Part shown: piece after piece, positions 8,026 through 16,028 of the stretch
Numbering within the stretch: position 1 is the stretch's first letter
Layout: the number at the start of each line of letters is the position of its first letter
Position numbers and translations under genes: made by a program
The notes under the pieces: model-generated
Database searches by the model: none
What the model saw: the letters and a program-made list of their open reading frames with translations, nothing else
What the model was told of the DNA's origin: nothing
From: an uncultured virus (IMG/VR IMGVR_UViG_3300042522_000840)
Taxonomy: Duplodnaviria > Heunggongvirae > Uroviricota > Caudoviricetes
Strand: one strand, 5' to 3'
DNA: 20,000 nucleotides
IMG/VR virus record: IMGVR_UViG_3300042522_000840

Positions 8026-9903
8026 ATGGCAAATTATAGAAAGTCATTTAACCTTAGGAATGGTGTTCAGGTTGACGATGATAACTTTATCGTAAACGCT
8101 AATGGTCTGGTGGGAATTGGAACTTCAATTCCCACTGAGTTCTTGGATGTTCGAGGTAATGTTAAAGTTGTTGGATTAGTTACTGCTTCAAGGGTAAGTA
8201 CTCCTAATTTGCAGGTTACTGGAGTTGGAACATTTACAACTTTAACAGACGGAACTGTTAGAATTAGTTCTGGTATTGTAACGGCATCTTCTGGAATTGT
8301 AACTTACTATGGTGATGGTAAAGGGCTAACTAATATTCCAACTTCACAATGGGTTGATGTAAATACTGGAACTGGATATTCGAGCATATATGCTGCCGGA
8401 ACGGTCGGTATTGCTAATACAATGCCCAATTATTTCCTTCAAGTGGGAGGAAATCCGGACACAGTATCTGGTGTAGGTATTAACTCTACTGGCGATATCA
8501 AATTAACGGGAATTATAACTGCTTCTTCTTTTGTTGGTTCTGGTATTGGAATTACTCAAATTAATGCTTCGAATATTTCTTCAGGAACTTTATCAAACTC
8601 AATACTTCCATCAAATATCAATGTTTCTGGAGTCATAACCGCGACTTCTGGATTTAGTGGTAATGTCGTAGGCAATGTAACTGGCACTGCAACTACTGCA
8701 CAATCACTCACAGGAACTCCAAATATTACTGTTGGTGTTGTAACTGCAACGAAGATTATTGCTGATAGTATTGAAGTTAATGCATTTCCATCAGGTATCA
8801 CAACAATTTCCAAGTTACTTCATGTTGGAACTGGTGGAACTGCATTTGCCGCATTAGAATCTGGAAGAATTGGTGTTGGAACCGCAGCACCAACATCAGA
8901 ACTTCAAATCAGAAAATCTGATAATACTCTTGTAGAAGTTATTAGTGATACTTCACAAGCAAGAATTAGCATTGGTCAATCTGTTGGTGTTGGTAAAAGT
9001 ACCGCAGTATTGAGATTTGGAAATGAATCAAAGACTTTTGATATTGTTAATAATGACACTGGAAATATTAATACATATCTACACGCTGGTCCTGCTGGCG
9101 TAGGAACTGGTAGATTTGCTTGGTTGTATGGTCAGTCAAATGCCGAACTAGTTTCACTAACTTATAATGGCAATTTTGGCATAGGAATTACAAATCCAAC
9201 AAACAAGCTGCACGTTGTTGGTACATCTACTGTTACAGGTAACGCTAATTTTGGAAGTAATGTAACTATTAATGGAAACTTAACTGCTGGAAGTCTTACT
9301 TTACCACCAGTTTTAACAAACGTAAACTTAAATAATTCCTCAGGAATTTCTACATTTAATGACATAAAATCATCTCGAATTTTATCTATAGTACAAATTG
9401 GGATTAATACCGCAAACCCATTAGCAGAAATTGATGCCAGAGATGGTACATTACTAGTAAATCGTATTGGAATAGGAACAACTGTTGCAAATGTTCAACT
9501 AGATGTGCAAGGTGGTACATTATTAGTGGATTCTGTTGGGGTAGGTACAACTTCAATTTATGTTGATCCATTGTCAAGTTTTTCATCTGGAGTTCAATTT
9601 TGGGATAAGTTTATTTCAGTTTATGGTGGTGGAATTTCTCTATATGGAGATAGTACTATTGGATTTAATACAGATTTTTCAAGATCGATTTTGGATTTTG
9701 GTCGAGTAGGTTCTGCCGCGACCGTAAGTGGTTACTTTATAGTACCAACAATAACAACTGCAAATAGAAATCAATTATCTAACAATACTGGTATTGGTGG
9801 TACTATTGAGGGTGCAATTATATACAATTCAACTACAAAAAAACACCAAGGATATGGAAGTACTGATAATGGAGTTACATTTGGTTGGCAAAATTTATAT
9901 TGA
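8026..9903 (+). CDS. Tail fibre protein
   Basis: 625 aa; repeated VGIGT..P...L.V.G units and GIVTA/GIITA repeats typical of cyanophage fibres. Confidence 0.85.
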   Translation: MANYRKSFNLRNGVQVDDDNFIVNANGLVGIGTSIPTEFLDVRGNVKVVGLVTASRVSTPNLQVTGVGTFTTLTDGTVRISSGIVTASSGIVTYYGDGKGLTNIPTSQWVDVNTGTGYSSIYAAGTVGIANTMPNYFLQVGGNPDTVSGVGINSTGDIKLTGIITASSFVGSGIGITQINASNISSGTLSNSILPSNINVSGVITATSGFSGNVVGNVTGTATTAQSLTGTPNITVGVVTATKIIADSIEVNAFPSGITTISKLLHVGTGGTAFAALESGRIGVGTAAPTSELQIRKSDNTLVEVISDTSQARISIGQSVGVGKSTAVLRFGNESKTFDIVNNDTGNINTYLHAGPAGVGTGRFAWLYGQSNAELVSLTYNGNFGIGITNPTNKLHVVGTSTVTGNANFGSNVTINGNLTAGSLTLPPVLTNVNLNNSSGISTFNDIKSSRILSIVQIGINTANPLAEIDARDGTLLVNRIGIGTTVANVQLDVQGGTLLVDSVGVGTTSIYVDPLSSFSSGVQFWDKFISVYGGGISLYGDSTIGFNTDFSRSILDFGRVGSAATVSGYFIVPTITTANRNQLSNNTGIGGTIEGAIIYNSTTKKHQGYGSTDNGVTFGWQNLY

Positions 9904-9912
9904 GGATAAAAA

Positions 9913-10998
9913 ATGACAGCAACAGTAACAAAAGCAGGACCCTATTATTCCTCAGGTTCTATTTCCTTCAGTTCTTTAAGATTAAATTTCAAGGAATCTG
10001 CTTCCGGTTCTATTAGTGCATCAGAATTGAGAAAAAATACATCTACAACGAATACAAATCCAATTGTTCCTGATGCTACAGAAAATTCTGATATTTCATC
10101 AAGTACAAATTTAAAATTATCACAATTTCGTAATAGTATTAAGTATTATTATATCACACAAACTGGAACTGATATTAATTTTAATATTAGTGCTCAAACT
10201 TGGAATAGTAATTTGAATAAAAATATTAGAAAATGGATATTTATGAATGGAACATGTGGATCTAATTCAATATCTTTGTATGCTGCTTCTTTTGATGCAA
10301 CTACTTATAATTTGACTGTTGATGTTTCTGGTGGAATTTATGGGGCAGGTGGATCTAATGGAACTTCTACTACCATTAGTGGTGGTAATGGTGGGAATGC
10401 TCTTTATATTAATTCTTCTGGTGGAAATAATATAGTTTTATTTTTAAGAAATACCGCAAATATTTACGGTGGTGGAGGCGGTGGAGAAAAGGGTTCAACT
10501 GGTTCATCTGGATCTTCTGGAACTTGTTATAGTTACAGTACAGCTACGCAAAGATATACAACAGGTAATAGGTGTAGAAGTTGCCCCGATTGTGATCCTG
10601 GATGGTATCGTATTGATTGTTATCAAAGGGAAGGTCGATGTGATTGGAGAGGTCAATTTAGAAAATCTCTATGTGAAAGAGTTATTACAGTAACAACTCC
10701 TTATGCAGTTGGAGGCGCTCCAGGTGGTGCAGGAGGAGATGGTGGATTTGGTCAAGGATATAATCAGGCAAGAACTAATGGGGCAGGAGGGGCAGGAGGA
10801 ACTCAAGGTGGATGTCCTTCTTATGGTGGTACAGGAAATACTGGAGAGACTGGTGGTAATGGTGGAGACTGGGGATCACCTGGAGGAGTCACCACAAATT
10901 CAGGATCAGGTGGAACAGCAGGAAGAGCAGTTTCTGGTTCTAACTACACTGTGACAGGATCAATAAATAGTAGCACTATCAGGGGTTTATACCAATAA
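9913..10998 (+). CDS. Glycine-rich receptor-recognition protein, gp38-adhesin-like
   Basis: 361 aa; motifs GGIYGAGG, GGNGGNALYI, NIYGGGGGG, GGDWG, GGTAGRAV..TIRG occur in the order seen in T-even gp38 adhesins; directly after the fibre genes; GAGG RBS. Confidence 0.65.
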   Translation: MTATVTKAGPYYSSGSISFSSLRLNFKESASGSISASELRKNTSTTNTNPIVPDATENSDISSSTNLKLSQFRNSIKYYYITQTGTDINFNISAQTWNSNLNKNIRKWIFMNGTCGSNSISLYAASFDATTYNLTVDVSGGIYGAGGSNGTSTTISGGNGGNALYINSSGGNNIVLFLRNTANIYGGGGGGEKGSTGSSGSSGTCYSYSTATQRYTTGNRCRSCPDCDPGWYRIDCYQREGRCDWRGQFRKSLCERVITVTTPYAVGGAPGGAGGDGGFGQGYNQARTNGAGGAGGTQGGCPSYGGTGNTGETGGNGGDWGSPGGVTTNSGSGGTAGRAVSGSNYTVTGSINSSTIRGLYQ

Positions 10999-11004
10999 TA
11001 AATA
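10998..11004 (+). promoter_or_regulatory. Late promoter core ATAAATA
   Basis: Directly at the adhesin stop, upstream of ATG 11027. Confidence 0.55.
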
Positions 11005-11026
11005 CCTTCAAGAATTAAATTATGTT

Positions 11027-11374
11027 ATGACCATGGAAAATAAAAAATATCCATCATTACTACAGCAAGGAAAAAATCTAGCAAAATTTTCTCTCAATTT
11101 TCTTCAGTATTTGCAAAATAATGATAATGAAGAAAATAAAACCCTTATTGCCTCTGATAATATTTACAATAAAAGAATAGAAACTTGTAAAGGATGTGAT
11201 AGATACGACAATTCTCAAAATCGTTGTTACGAATGTGGTTGTTTTTTATCAGTAAAGGCAAAATTTGTTCTAGAAAGTTGCCCATTAAATAAATGGAGTT
11301 TTGATGACAAAGAATGGGAAGAAGTTTTTAACAATATTCTAAATGATATGGATGAAAAAAAAGATGACAAATAA
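11027..11374 (+). CDS. Small Cys-rich protein (DUF6171-like, putative metal-binding)
   Basis: R..TCKGC-x8-CYECGC...KAK....CP..KW pattern. Confidence 0.65.
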   Translation: MTMENKKYPSLLQQGKNLAKFSLNFLQYLQNNDNEENKTLIASDNIYNKRIETCKGCDRYDNSQNRCYECGCFLSVKAKFVLESCPLNKWSFDDKEWEEVFNNILNDMDEKKDDK

Positions 11375-11924
11375 TAATCCAGAGATAATAGGTATTTTTA
11401 GTGTTCCAATTTTCCATATTATTTGCGAAAATTGGAAGAGTAAAAAGGAAAAATTAAATGAATTAATGAAATCATATGAATTTGAATCTTCTGCAAATGT
11501 TATGACAACTTATTGTGAAAACAACAATTATGGTTTAAATGGAAAATTAAACAAAGATATAGAAAATATTTTCTCAGAAGAACTAAAAATTTATCAAAGT
11601 AATTTTAGTTTTCCATCTTTTTCAGTAGAAAATAGTTGGTTTCAAATAGAAAAAACAGGAATGAACCATAATATTCATAATCATGGAATAGGAGTTAGTG
11701 GTATATGCTACTTAGATTATAATGAAAATTATCATAAACCTGTAAATTTTGTATCTCCACATGTTGATGTTTTTGATGGTTCTTTAGAAATTGTATCTCT
11801 AAGGGATATAAAAGAAGGATCTTTAATTTTATTTCCATCAATGATATCCCATTTTACGCATAGAAATACGTCAGAACATGAAAGAAAAATAGTATCTTTT
11901 AATATTAATATTTTACCACGTTAA
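11364..11924 (+). CDS. Putative 2OG-Fe(II) oxygenase (TIGR02466-like)
   Basis: IFSVPIF N-terminus, SWFQ, HNIHNH, SGICYL, EGSLILFPSMISH, RKIVSFNI; start taken at ATG 11364, overlapping the upstream stop. Confidence 0.85.
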   Translation: MTNNNPEIIGIFSVPIFHIICENWKSKKEKLNELMKSYEFESSANVMTTYCENNNYGLNGKLNKDIENIFSEELKIYQSNFSFPSFSVENSWFQIEKTGMNHNIHNHGIGVSGICYLDYNENYHKPVNFVSPHVDVFDGSLEIVSLRDIKEGSLILFPSMISHFTHRNTSEHERKIVSFNINILPR

Positions 11925-12595
11925 AAAATATTTCTACAAAAAGGATATTGCCACTCAGAGTCTATTCTGTAACAGAAAAATACTTGAGTTAAACGCTCTT
12001 TAGTGCCAAAAGTTTGTGCTGCATGATGATTATTTCCCCCAAATAGAATGCAACGATTATAAAGATTTTCTATTTTAACTGTTTCATCATAACCTTCAAA
12101 AGTTTTTTTATGTACTTCTGAATATTTTTCATCATCTATATTGGATTTTTTTAAGTAATCATTTCTCATTACCATAGAATCTTCCATTTCATATCTAAAA
12201 TATGTATTTTTTTCGGTGTAAATAGAAGTTCCTGTATCTTTTTCTGGATTTTCTGTCAAATAAATCAATCCACCAAATAAACAACCATCATTGTGTATCC
12301 ATCCCATATTTTTTGGATGATATTTTTCTTCATGTCTTGGTGATACTTTTTGAAAGCAAGACACTATATCAAATCCTATTCGATATTCTGGTGGATAAAA
12401 TAAACTCAAAATACTTTTAGAAAAGAATAAAAATAATTTTTCATCAATATCATCTAAGTTTTTAATACTTCTTTCTCCAGGCCAAGATCCCTTTTCACTT
12501 GGCATATATTCTTGCTCCAAAGCTATTTGTCTAACTTCATCTGGGTTTGAATAAAAATTATCGATGATCGTTATTGGAAATAAATTATTTTGCAT
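11921..12595 (-). CDS. Putative 2OG-Fe(II) oxygenase (DUF6445-like)
   Basis: IIDNFYSNPDEVR..AL, WPGERS, GWIHND, GGLIYL, GTSIY, N.YNRCILF...HH, RLTQVFF; HxD...H triad. Confidence 0.85.
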   Translation of the reverse strand: MQNNLFPITIIDNFYSNPDEVRQIALEQEYMPSEKGSWPGERSIKNLDDIDEKLFLFFSKSILSLFYPPEYRIGFDIVSCFQKVSPRHEEKYHPKNMGWIHNDGCLFGGLIYLTENPEKDTGTSIYTEKNTYFRYEMEDSMVMRNDYLKKSNIDDEKYSEVHKKTFEGYDETVKIENLYNRCILFGGNNHHAAQTFGTKERLTQVFFCYRIDSEWQYPFCRNIF

Positions 12596-12623
12596 TGGAG
12601 TTGATAAATCTTGGATTTTTTAC

Positions 12624-12632
12624 ATTATACCA
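12624..12632 (-). promoter_or_regulatory. Extended -10 promoter for the minus-strand oxygenase
   Basis: Reverse complement reads TGGTATAAT, 28 nt upstream of the start at 12595. Confidence 0.55.
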
Positions 12633-12637
12633 CAAAG

Positions 12638-12666
12638 TTGACATACCCATAAAATCCATGTAGACT
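12638..12666 (+). promoter_or_regulatory. Sigma70-type promoter
   Basis: TTGACA (12638-12643), 17 nt, TAGACT (12661-12666). Confidence 0.6.
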
Positions 12667-12706
12667 ACCTTTGTCTGGGTTGGAGATGAGGATCTGATCT
12701 TTTATA

Positions 12707-12766
12707 GTGACACTTTAAGAACCGTCACACAGGGTTCCGCATGAGACCCCTTTTTGCTGCTATAAT
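12707..12766 (+). promoter_or_regulatory. Putative early promoter with upstream dyad motif
   Basis: GTGACACTT-TAAG-AACCGTCACA (12707-12729), AGACCCCTTTTTGC, then TGC-TATAAT (12761-12766); near copy at 18960-19015. Confidence 0.7.
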
Positions 12767-12779
12767 AAGTTCATACGCG

Positions 12780-14015
12780 ATGAGACCTGTGATTCAACTC
12801 CGACCTCACCAGCAACGTGCTCTGGATGCCCTGCTGCAGCACCGCAAGGGGCAGGTCATTATCCCCACTGGCGGCGGTAAGACCCTTGTAATGATTTTTG
12901 ATGCTATTCGTCAGTTTTCTCAATCTCAAGCACAAACAATCGTCATTGTTTGCCCAAGAATTCTTTTGGCTGAGCAATTGTCTTCTGAGTTTTTGGAGTT
13001 TATTACCAATGCTTCTGTTGCACATTTGCACTCGGGAGAGACACATCATTTTAGCACGACTCGCCCCAATGAGATTCATAACTGGTCTCGTCGTGCTTAT
13101 AAGCATCAACTGATCTTCACTACCTATAACTCTCTGCAGCGTCTGCAGCAGGCAGACCTTAAGGTTGACACCATTTACTTTGATGAGGCACATAACAGTG
13201 TTCAACGTCACTTTTTCCCTGCTACGGAGCACTTCGCTTCTACTGCTGACCGCTGCTATTTCTTCACTGCTACTCCTAAGCATTCTGCCACTATTTCCAA
13301 ACCTGGGATGAATGATGGTGCAGTATATGGTCAGGTGATTTGTAATGTCCCTGCCCCTGAACTTGTTGAGGGTGGTTTCATTGTGCCCCCTAAGGTTGTT
13401 GTGCAGCAGTTTGAGATGTTGAGTAAGGGTCAGATTGTTGCTGATGTTGACTGTGAGAACCTGATTCAAACCATCGATGCTCAGGAGGTGGGTAAGGTTC
13501 TTATCTGCTCCAAGGCAACCAAACAGATTCAGAATCTGGTTTCTCAAACTGATTTCTGTAAGCAACTGGAAAACCGTGGATTCTCTTGGATGTATATCAC
13601 TTCCAAGACTGGTGCCGTGATCGATGGTCGTAAGGTCAATCGCGAGGTGTTCTTTGACACTCTCTCTGCCTGGGGCAAGGATGACTCTAAGAAGTTTGTT
13701 GTTCTTCATCACAGCATTCTGTCTGAAGGCATCAATGTGTCTGGTCTGGAGGCAGTTCTGTTTATGCGCTCTATGGATTACATCGGCATCTCTCAGACCA
13801 TCGGGCGGGTGATCCGTCTGCACAAGGACGACGCAGAGGGTCTCAGCAGCGGCAGGATCGCCCCTGGTGCCGTTGAAACCTACACCAAGTCCTTTGGGTT
13901 GGTCTGCATCCCTGTCTACTCTTCTGTGGGCATCAGCACCGCTAGGAAGGTGCAAGCGGTGGTGGACACCGTGTTCAACCAAGGTCAACCTGCAATCTCT
14001 GTCGTTAAGCGTTAA
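12780..14015 (+). CDS. Superfamily 2 DEAH-box helicase (ResIII/UvsW-like fold)
   Basis: LRPHQQ, IPTGGGKT, YFDEAH, FTATP, LSEGINV, QTIGRVIR. Start moved to ATG 12780 (or GTG 12789) because ATG 12741 lies upstream of the -10 box. Confidence 0.9.
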   Translation: MRPVIQLRPHQQRALDALLQHRKGQVIIPTGGGKTLVMIFDAIRQFSQSQAQTIVIVCPRILLAEQLSSEFLEFITNASVAHLHSGETHHFSTTRPNEIHNWSRRAYKHQLIFTTYNSLQRLQQADLKVDTIYFDEAHNSVQRHFFPATEHFASTADRCYFFTATPKHSATISKPGMNDGAVYGQVICNVPAPELVEGGFIVPPKVVVQQFEMLSKGQIVADVDCENLIQTIDAQEVGKVLICSKATKQIQNLVSQTDFCKQLENRGFSWMYITSKTGAVIDGRKVNREVFFDTLSAWGKDDSKKFVVLHHSILSEGINVSGLEAVLFMRSMDYIGISQTIGRVIRLHKDDAEGLSSGRIAPGAVETYTKSFGLVCIPVYSSVGISTARKVQAVVDTVFNQGQPAISVVKR

Positions 14016-14020
14016 TTCCA

Positions 14021-14164
14021 ATGAAGTACAAAGTTCAACTCTATGTCGGCGGTCAAACTTGGTGGTTTGAATGTTACGCCAATAATATTCAAGAAGCAAA
14101 GCAAGTTGCTTCTGCACAACATCCAAATGCTCGCATCATCAGTGCCACTGCTACCTTTCTATGA
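14021..14164 (+). CDS. Small hypothetical protein (47 aa; absent from ORF track)
   Basis: MKYKVQLYVGGQTWWFECYANNIQEAKQVASAQHPNARIISATATFL; starts 5 nt after the helicase stop; ATGA overlap with the next gene. Confidence 0.7.
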   Translation: MKYKVQLYVGGQTWWFECYANNIQEAKQVASAQHPNARIISATATFL

Positions 14165-14382
14165 ACACTCAAAACGAAGGTATTCTCAATCCCAAACCAG
14201 GAGATCCAAACGGTTATGTGACCAAGGATGGAATGTGGGCAGCAGTTTCTTGGGGTAAAAAATTTATTATTCTCCATAATGGACAGCAAGTTCACATTAC
14301 AAACAACTATAAGTCCGCAAAAACCTACATTCAAAAGTCCGCAAAAGGAGCATCGGTTTCCAGTTTAGACAAGTTTCTTTAA
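14161..14382 (+). CDS. Hypothetical protein (73 aa)
   Basis: Translationally coupled ORF. Confidence 0.7.
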   Translation: MNTQNEGILNPKPGDPNGYVTKDGMWAAVSWGKKFIILHNGQQVHITNNYKSAKTYIQKSAKGASVSSLDKFL

Positions 14383-14414
14383 ACACGTTAAATAGTATAA
14401 CTACAGAACTGATT

Positions 14415-14585
14415 ATGGAAGAATCACCTGACGTTAAGTGGAATCGTGGTCTCGATCTGTTTATTGAGAGCGTACACAAACCAGACCATGAACTTCGTCA
14501 ATGTGCTCATAACCAAAAATGTTACAATGAACTCATGTCGGTTCGTGAGCATGTGTTAGAATATCTAAAAACAATAAGACGATGA
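14415..14585 (+). CDS. Small hypothetical protein (56 aa; absent from ORF track)
   Basis: MEESPDVKWNRGLDLFIESVHKPDHELRQCAHNQKCYNELMSVREHVLEYLKTIRR; TTAAATA at 14388; ATGA overlap with the next ORF. Confidence 0.7.
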   Translation: MEESPDVKWNRGLDLFIESVHKPDHELRQCAHNQKCYNELMSVREHVLEYLKTIRR

Positions 14586-14812
14586 CCTATTACGCTTGGT
14601 TTATTGTATTTGTGGTAGTAGCATACTTCATCGCAACGGATGATAGTGTCGCTACTGCCTTTTATTACCTTACAATAATTATCAAGAATAAGTGTTTGAT
14701 TTTTCAATGGTGGTTAATTCACAATCCCACAACTCCATGGGCAAAATATTCAATGCATCGCCGTTCTATGAAACTTGCAAAAGAGTTAATGGACGAATAT
14801 AAAAATAAATAA
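14582..14812 (+). CDS. Small membrane protein (76 aa)
   Basis: Hydrophobic N-terminus YAWFIVFVVVAYFIA; coupled start. Confidence 0.7.
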   Translation: MTYYAWFIVFVVVAYFIATDDSVATAFYYLTIIIKNKCLIFQWWLIHNPTTPWAKYSMHRRSMKLAKELMDEYKNK

Positions 14813-14832
14813 CACTACATCTGGTAATTCTT

Positions 14833-15141
14833 ATGCTCTCTACACAATATCGCCTGCGTCTTGAAGCAATCTGTGATAGGATTGCAACAGGCGATGAGGT
14901 GAGTTTAGAAGATATGATCTGGGCAGAAAAACTTGCGAAAGCAAATCGTTCTGCCGCTACAATACTCCGTCAGGCAAGACGAAAGGCATCAAATCCCAAT
15001 ATGAAAGAAGGAAGTCTGGATGAATTTTTAAATATTATGGATTTAGGGCATCCTGACCCATCAGAGCACCGTACAAGGTTCGATGGTGCAGATGATATCG
15101 CAGATTTTTTTAGAACTGATGATGATATGAGAAGAGATTGA
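14833..15141 (+). CDS. Hypothetical protein (102 aa)
   Basis: Clean ORF preceded by ATAAATA (14805-14811). Confidence 0.75.
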   Translation: MLSTQYRLRLEAICDRIATGDEVSLEDMIWAEKLAKANRSAATILRQARRKASNPNMKEGSLDEFLNIMDLGHPDPSEHRTRFDGADDIADFFRTDDDMRRD

Positions 15142-15326
15142 TGAAACCCAATTTTCGTAAAGTTCTTGAGATGGCACTGGAAGAAGGTGTCCGATTTGGA
15201 TATGATCGTGCTCACAAACATGTAGAGAATCCACACGAAGATGCTGTGGTTGATTGTGTGGTAGATGGTGTGGTAAACTCTCTATATGAATGGTTTGACT
15301 TTGAGGACAATAATGAAACCAATTAA
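15141..15326 (+). CDS. Hypothetical protein (about 61 aa)
   Basis: TGATG overlap with the previous stop. Confidence 0.7.
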   Translation: MKPNFRKVLEMALEEGVRFGYDRAHKHVENPHEDAVVDCVVDGVVNSLYEWFDFEDNNETN

Positions 15327-15603
15327 ATTTTTTCAAGTTGCTAAATGGTCTTATCGTGAAGACTTTGGACACGAGTGGTATGTTCAATTTCTATTTACAG
15401 ACCGTTGGGCACTTCTTCAGGCATCGATTTCTTGGAATGATTATCCTGGTTGTCCATATATTCAAATCAAATCTGGAACTGGTAGTCTTTTGAGTATTAT
15501 GTTCTGGGCATATAAGTTTGGATTTGATATTGGATTTATTGAGTACACTTGGAATTGGGAACGACTGGAAGAGGTAGATGAAGAAGAAACTGAACTGGTT
15601 TGA
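15313..15603 (+). CDS. Hypothetical protein (Trp/Phe-rich, 96 aa)
   Basis: GAGGA RBS before ATG 15313. Confidence 0.7.
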   Translation: MKPIKFFQVAKWSYREDFGHEWYVQFLFTDRWALLQASISWNDYPGCPYIQIKSGTGSLLSIMFWAYKFGFDIGFIEYTWNWERLEEVDEEETELV

Positions 15604-15925
15604 GTATTATTTCGGTCACTGCCTGCAAACTGGTTGGCATGAGATTGGAAACAATTTCAAAATGTGGAAAGACCTTATCGGTGGAAATTATAAGGATTAT
15701 GCTCTACTGAAAACTGATGATCCATTTCAAGAGTGTTACGAATGGTTCTGGTGTAGCATCAATATGGATGAAACATATCCAAAAGAGTTTCTGGAATATC
15801 TGATGGAAATGTGTGATAGAATTGATAGAGGTGAAGAGAAACTAATACCGTTGACTGAAGATTTTTTTAATGACCTTAAAGACCTTGTAAAAGATGTGGA
15901 GTTAAATGATGAAGACTTTACCTGA
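15578..15925 (+). CDS. Hypothetical protein (115 aa)
   Basis: GAGG RBS; overlaps the previous gene end. Confidence 0.75.
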   Translation: MKKKLNWFEYYFGHCLQTGWHEIGNNFKMWKDLIGGNYKDYALLKTDDPFQECYEWFWCSINMDETYPKEFLEYLMEMCDRIDRGEEKLIPLTEDFFNDLKDLVKDVELNDEDFT

Positions 15926-16028
15926 TAAATAAAAATGCCTGACTTGGTGGTTCTTTTCGGGTTGGGATAAAGCACTTTCGAGTGCTTTTCCTGTATAAAT
16001 ACTAATAACCACCAAGTTAAGAGCAGTT
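15925..16028 (+). promoter_or_regulatory. Endonuclease leader cassette 1 (late promoter / antisense arm / UUCG hairpin / late promoter / target arm)
   Basis: ATAAATA 15925-15931; ACTTGGTGGTT 15942-15952 is the reverse complement of AACCACCAAGT 16007-16017; TATAAATA 15994-16001. Confidence 0.8.
15969..15989 (+). terminator. UUCG-capped hairpin with short U-tract (putative intrinsic terminator)
   Basis: AAAGCACT-TTCG-AGTGCTTT-T. Confidence 0.65.

Noticed and set aside
2727..10998. Diversity-generating retroelement or invertible tail-fibre cassette
   Set aside because: No reverse transcriptase, recombinase or adenine-specific near-identical repeat pair visible in the window.
12771..14126. 451-aa minus-strand ORF opposite the helicase
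   Set aside because: Codon-aligned antisense shadow. The helicase largely avoids TTA/CTA/TCA, which removes antisense stops, and the product has no recognisable motifs.
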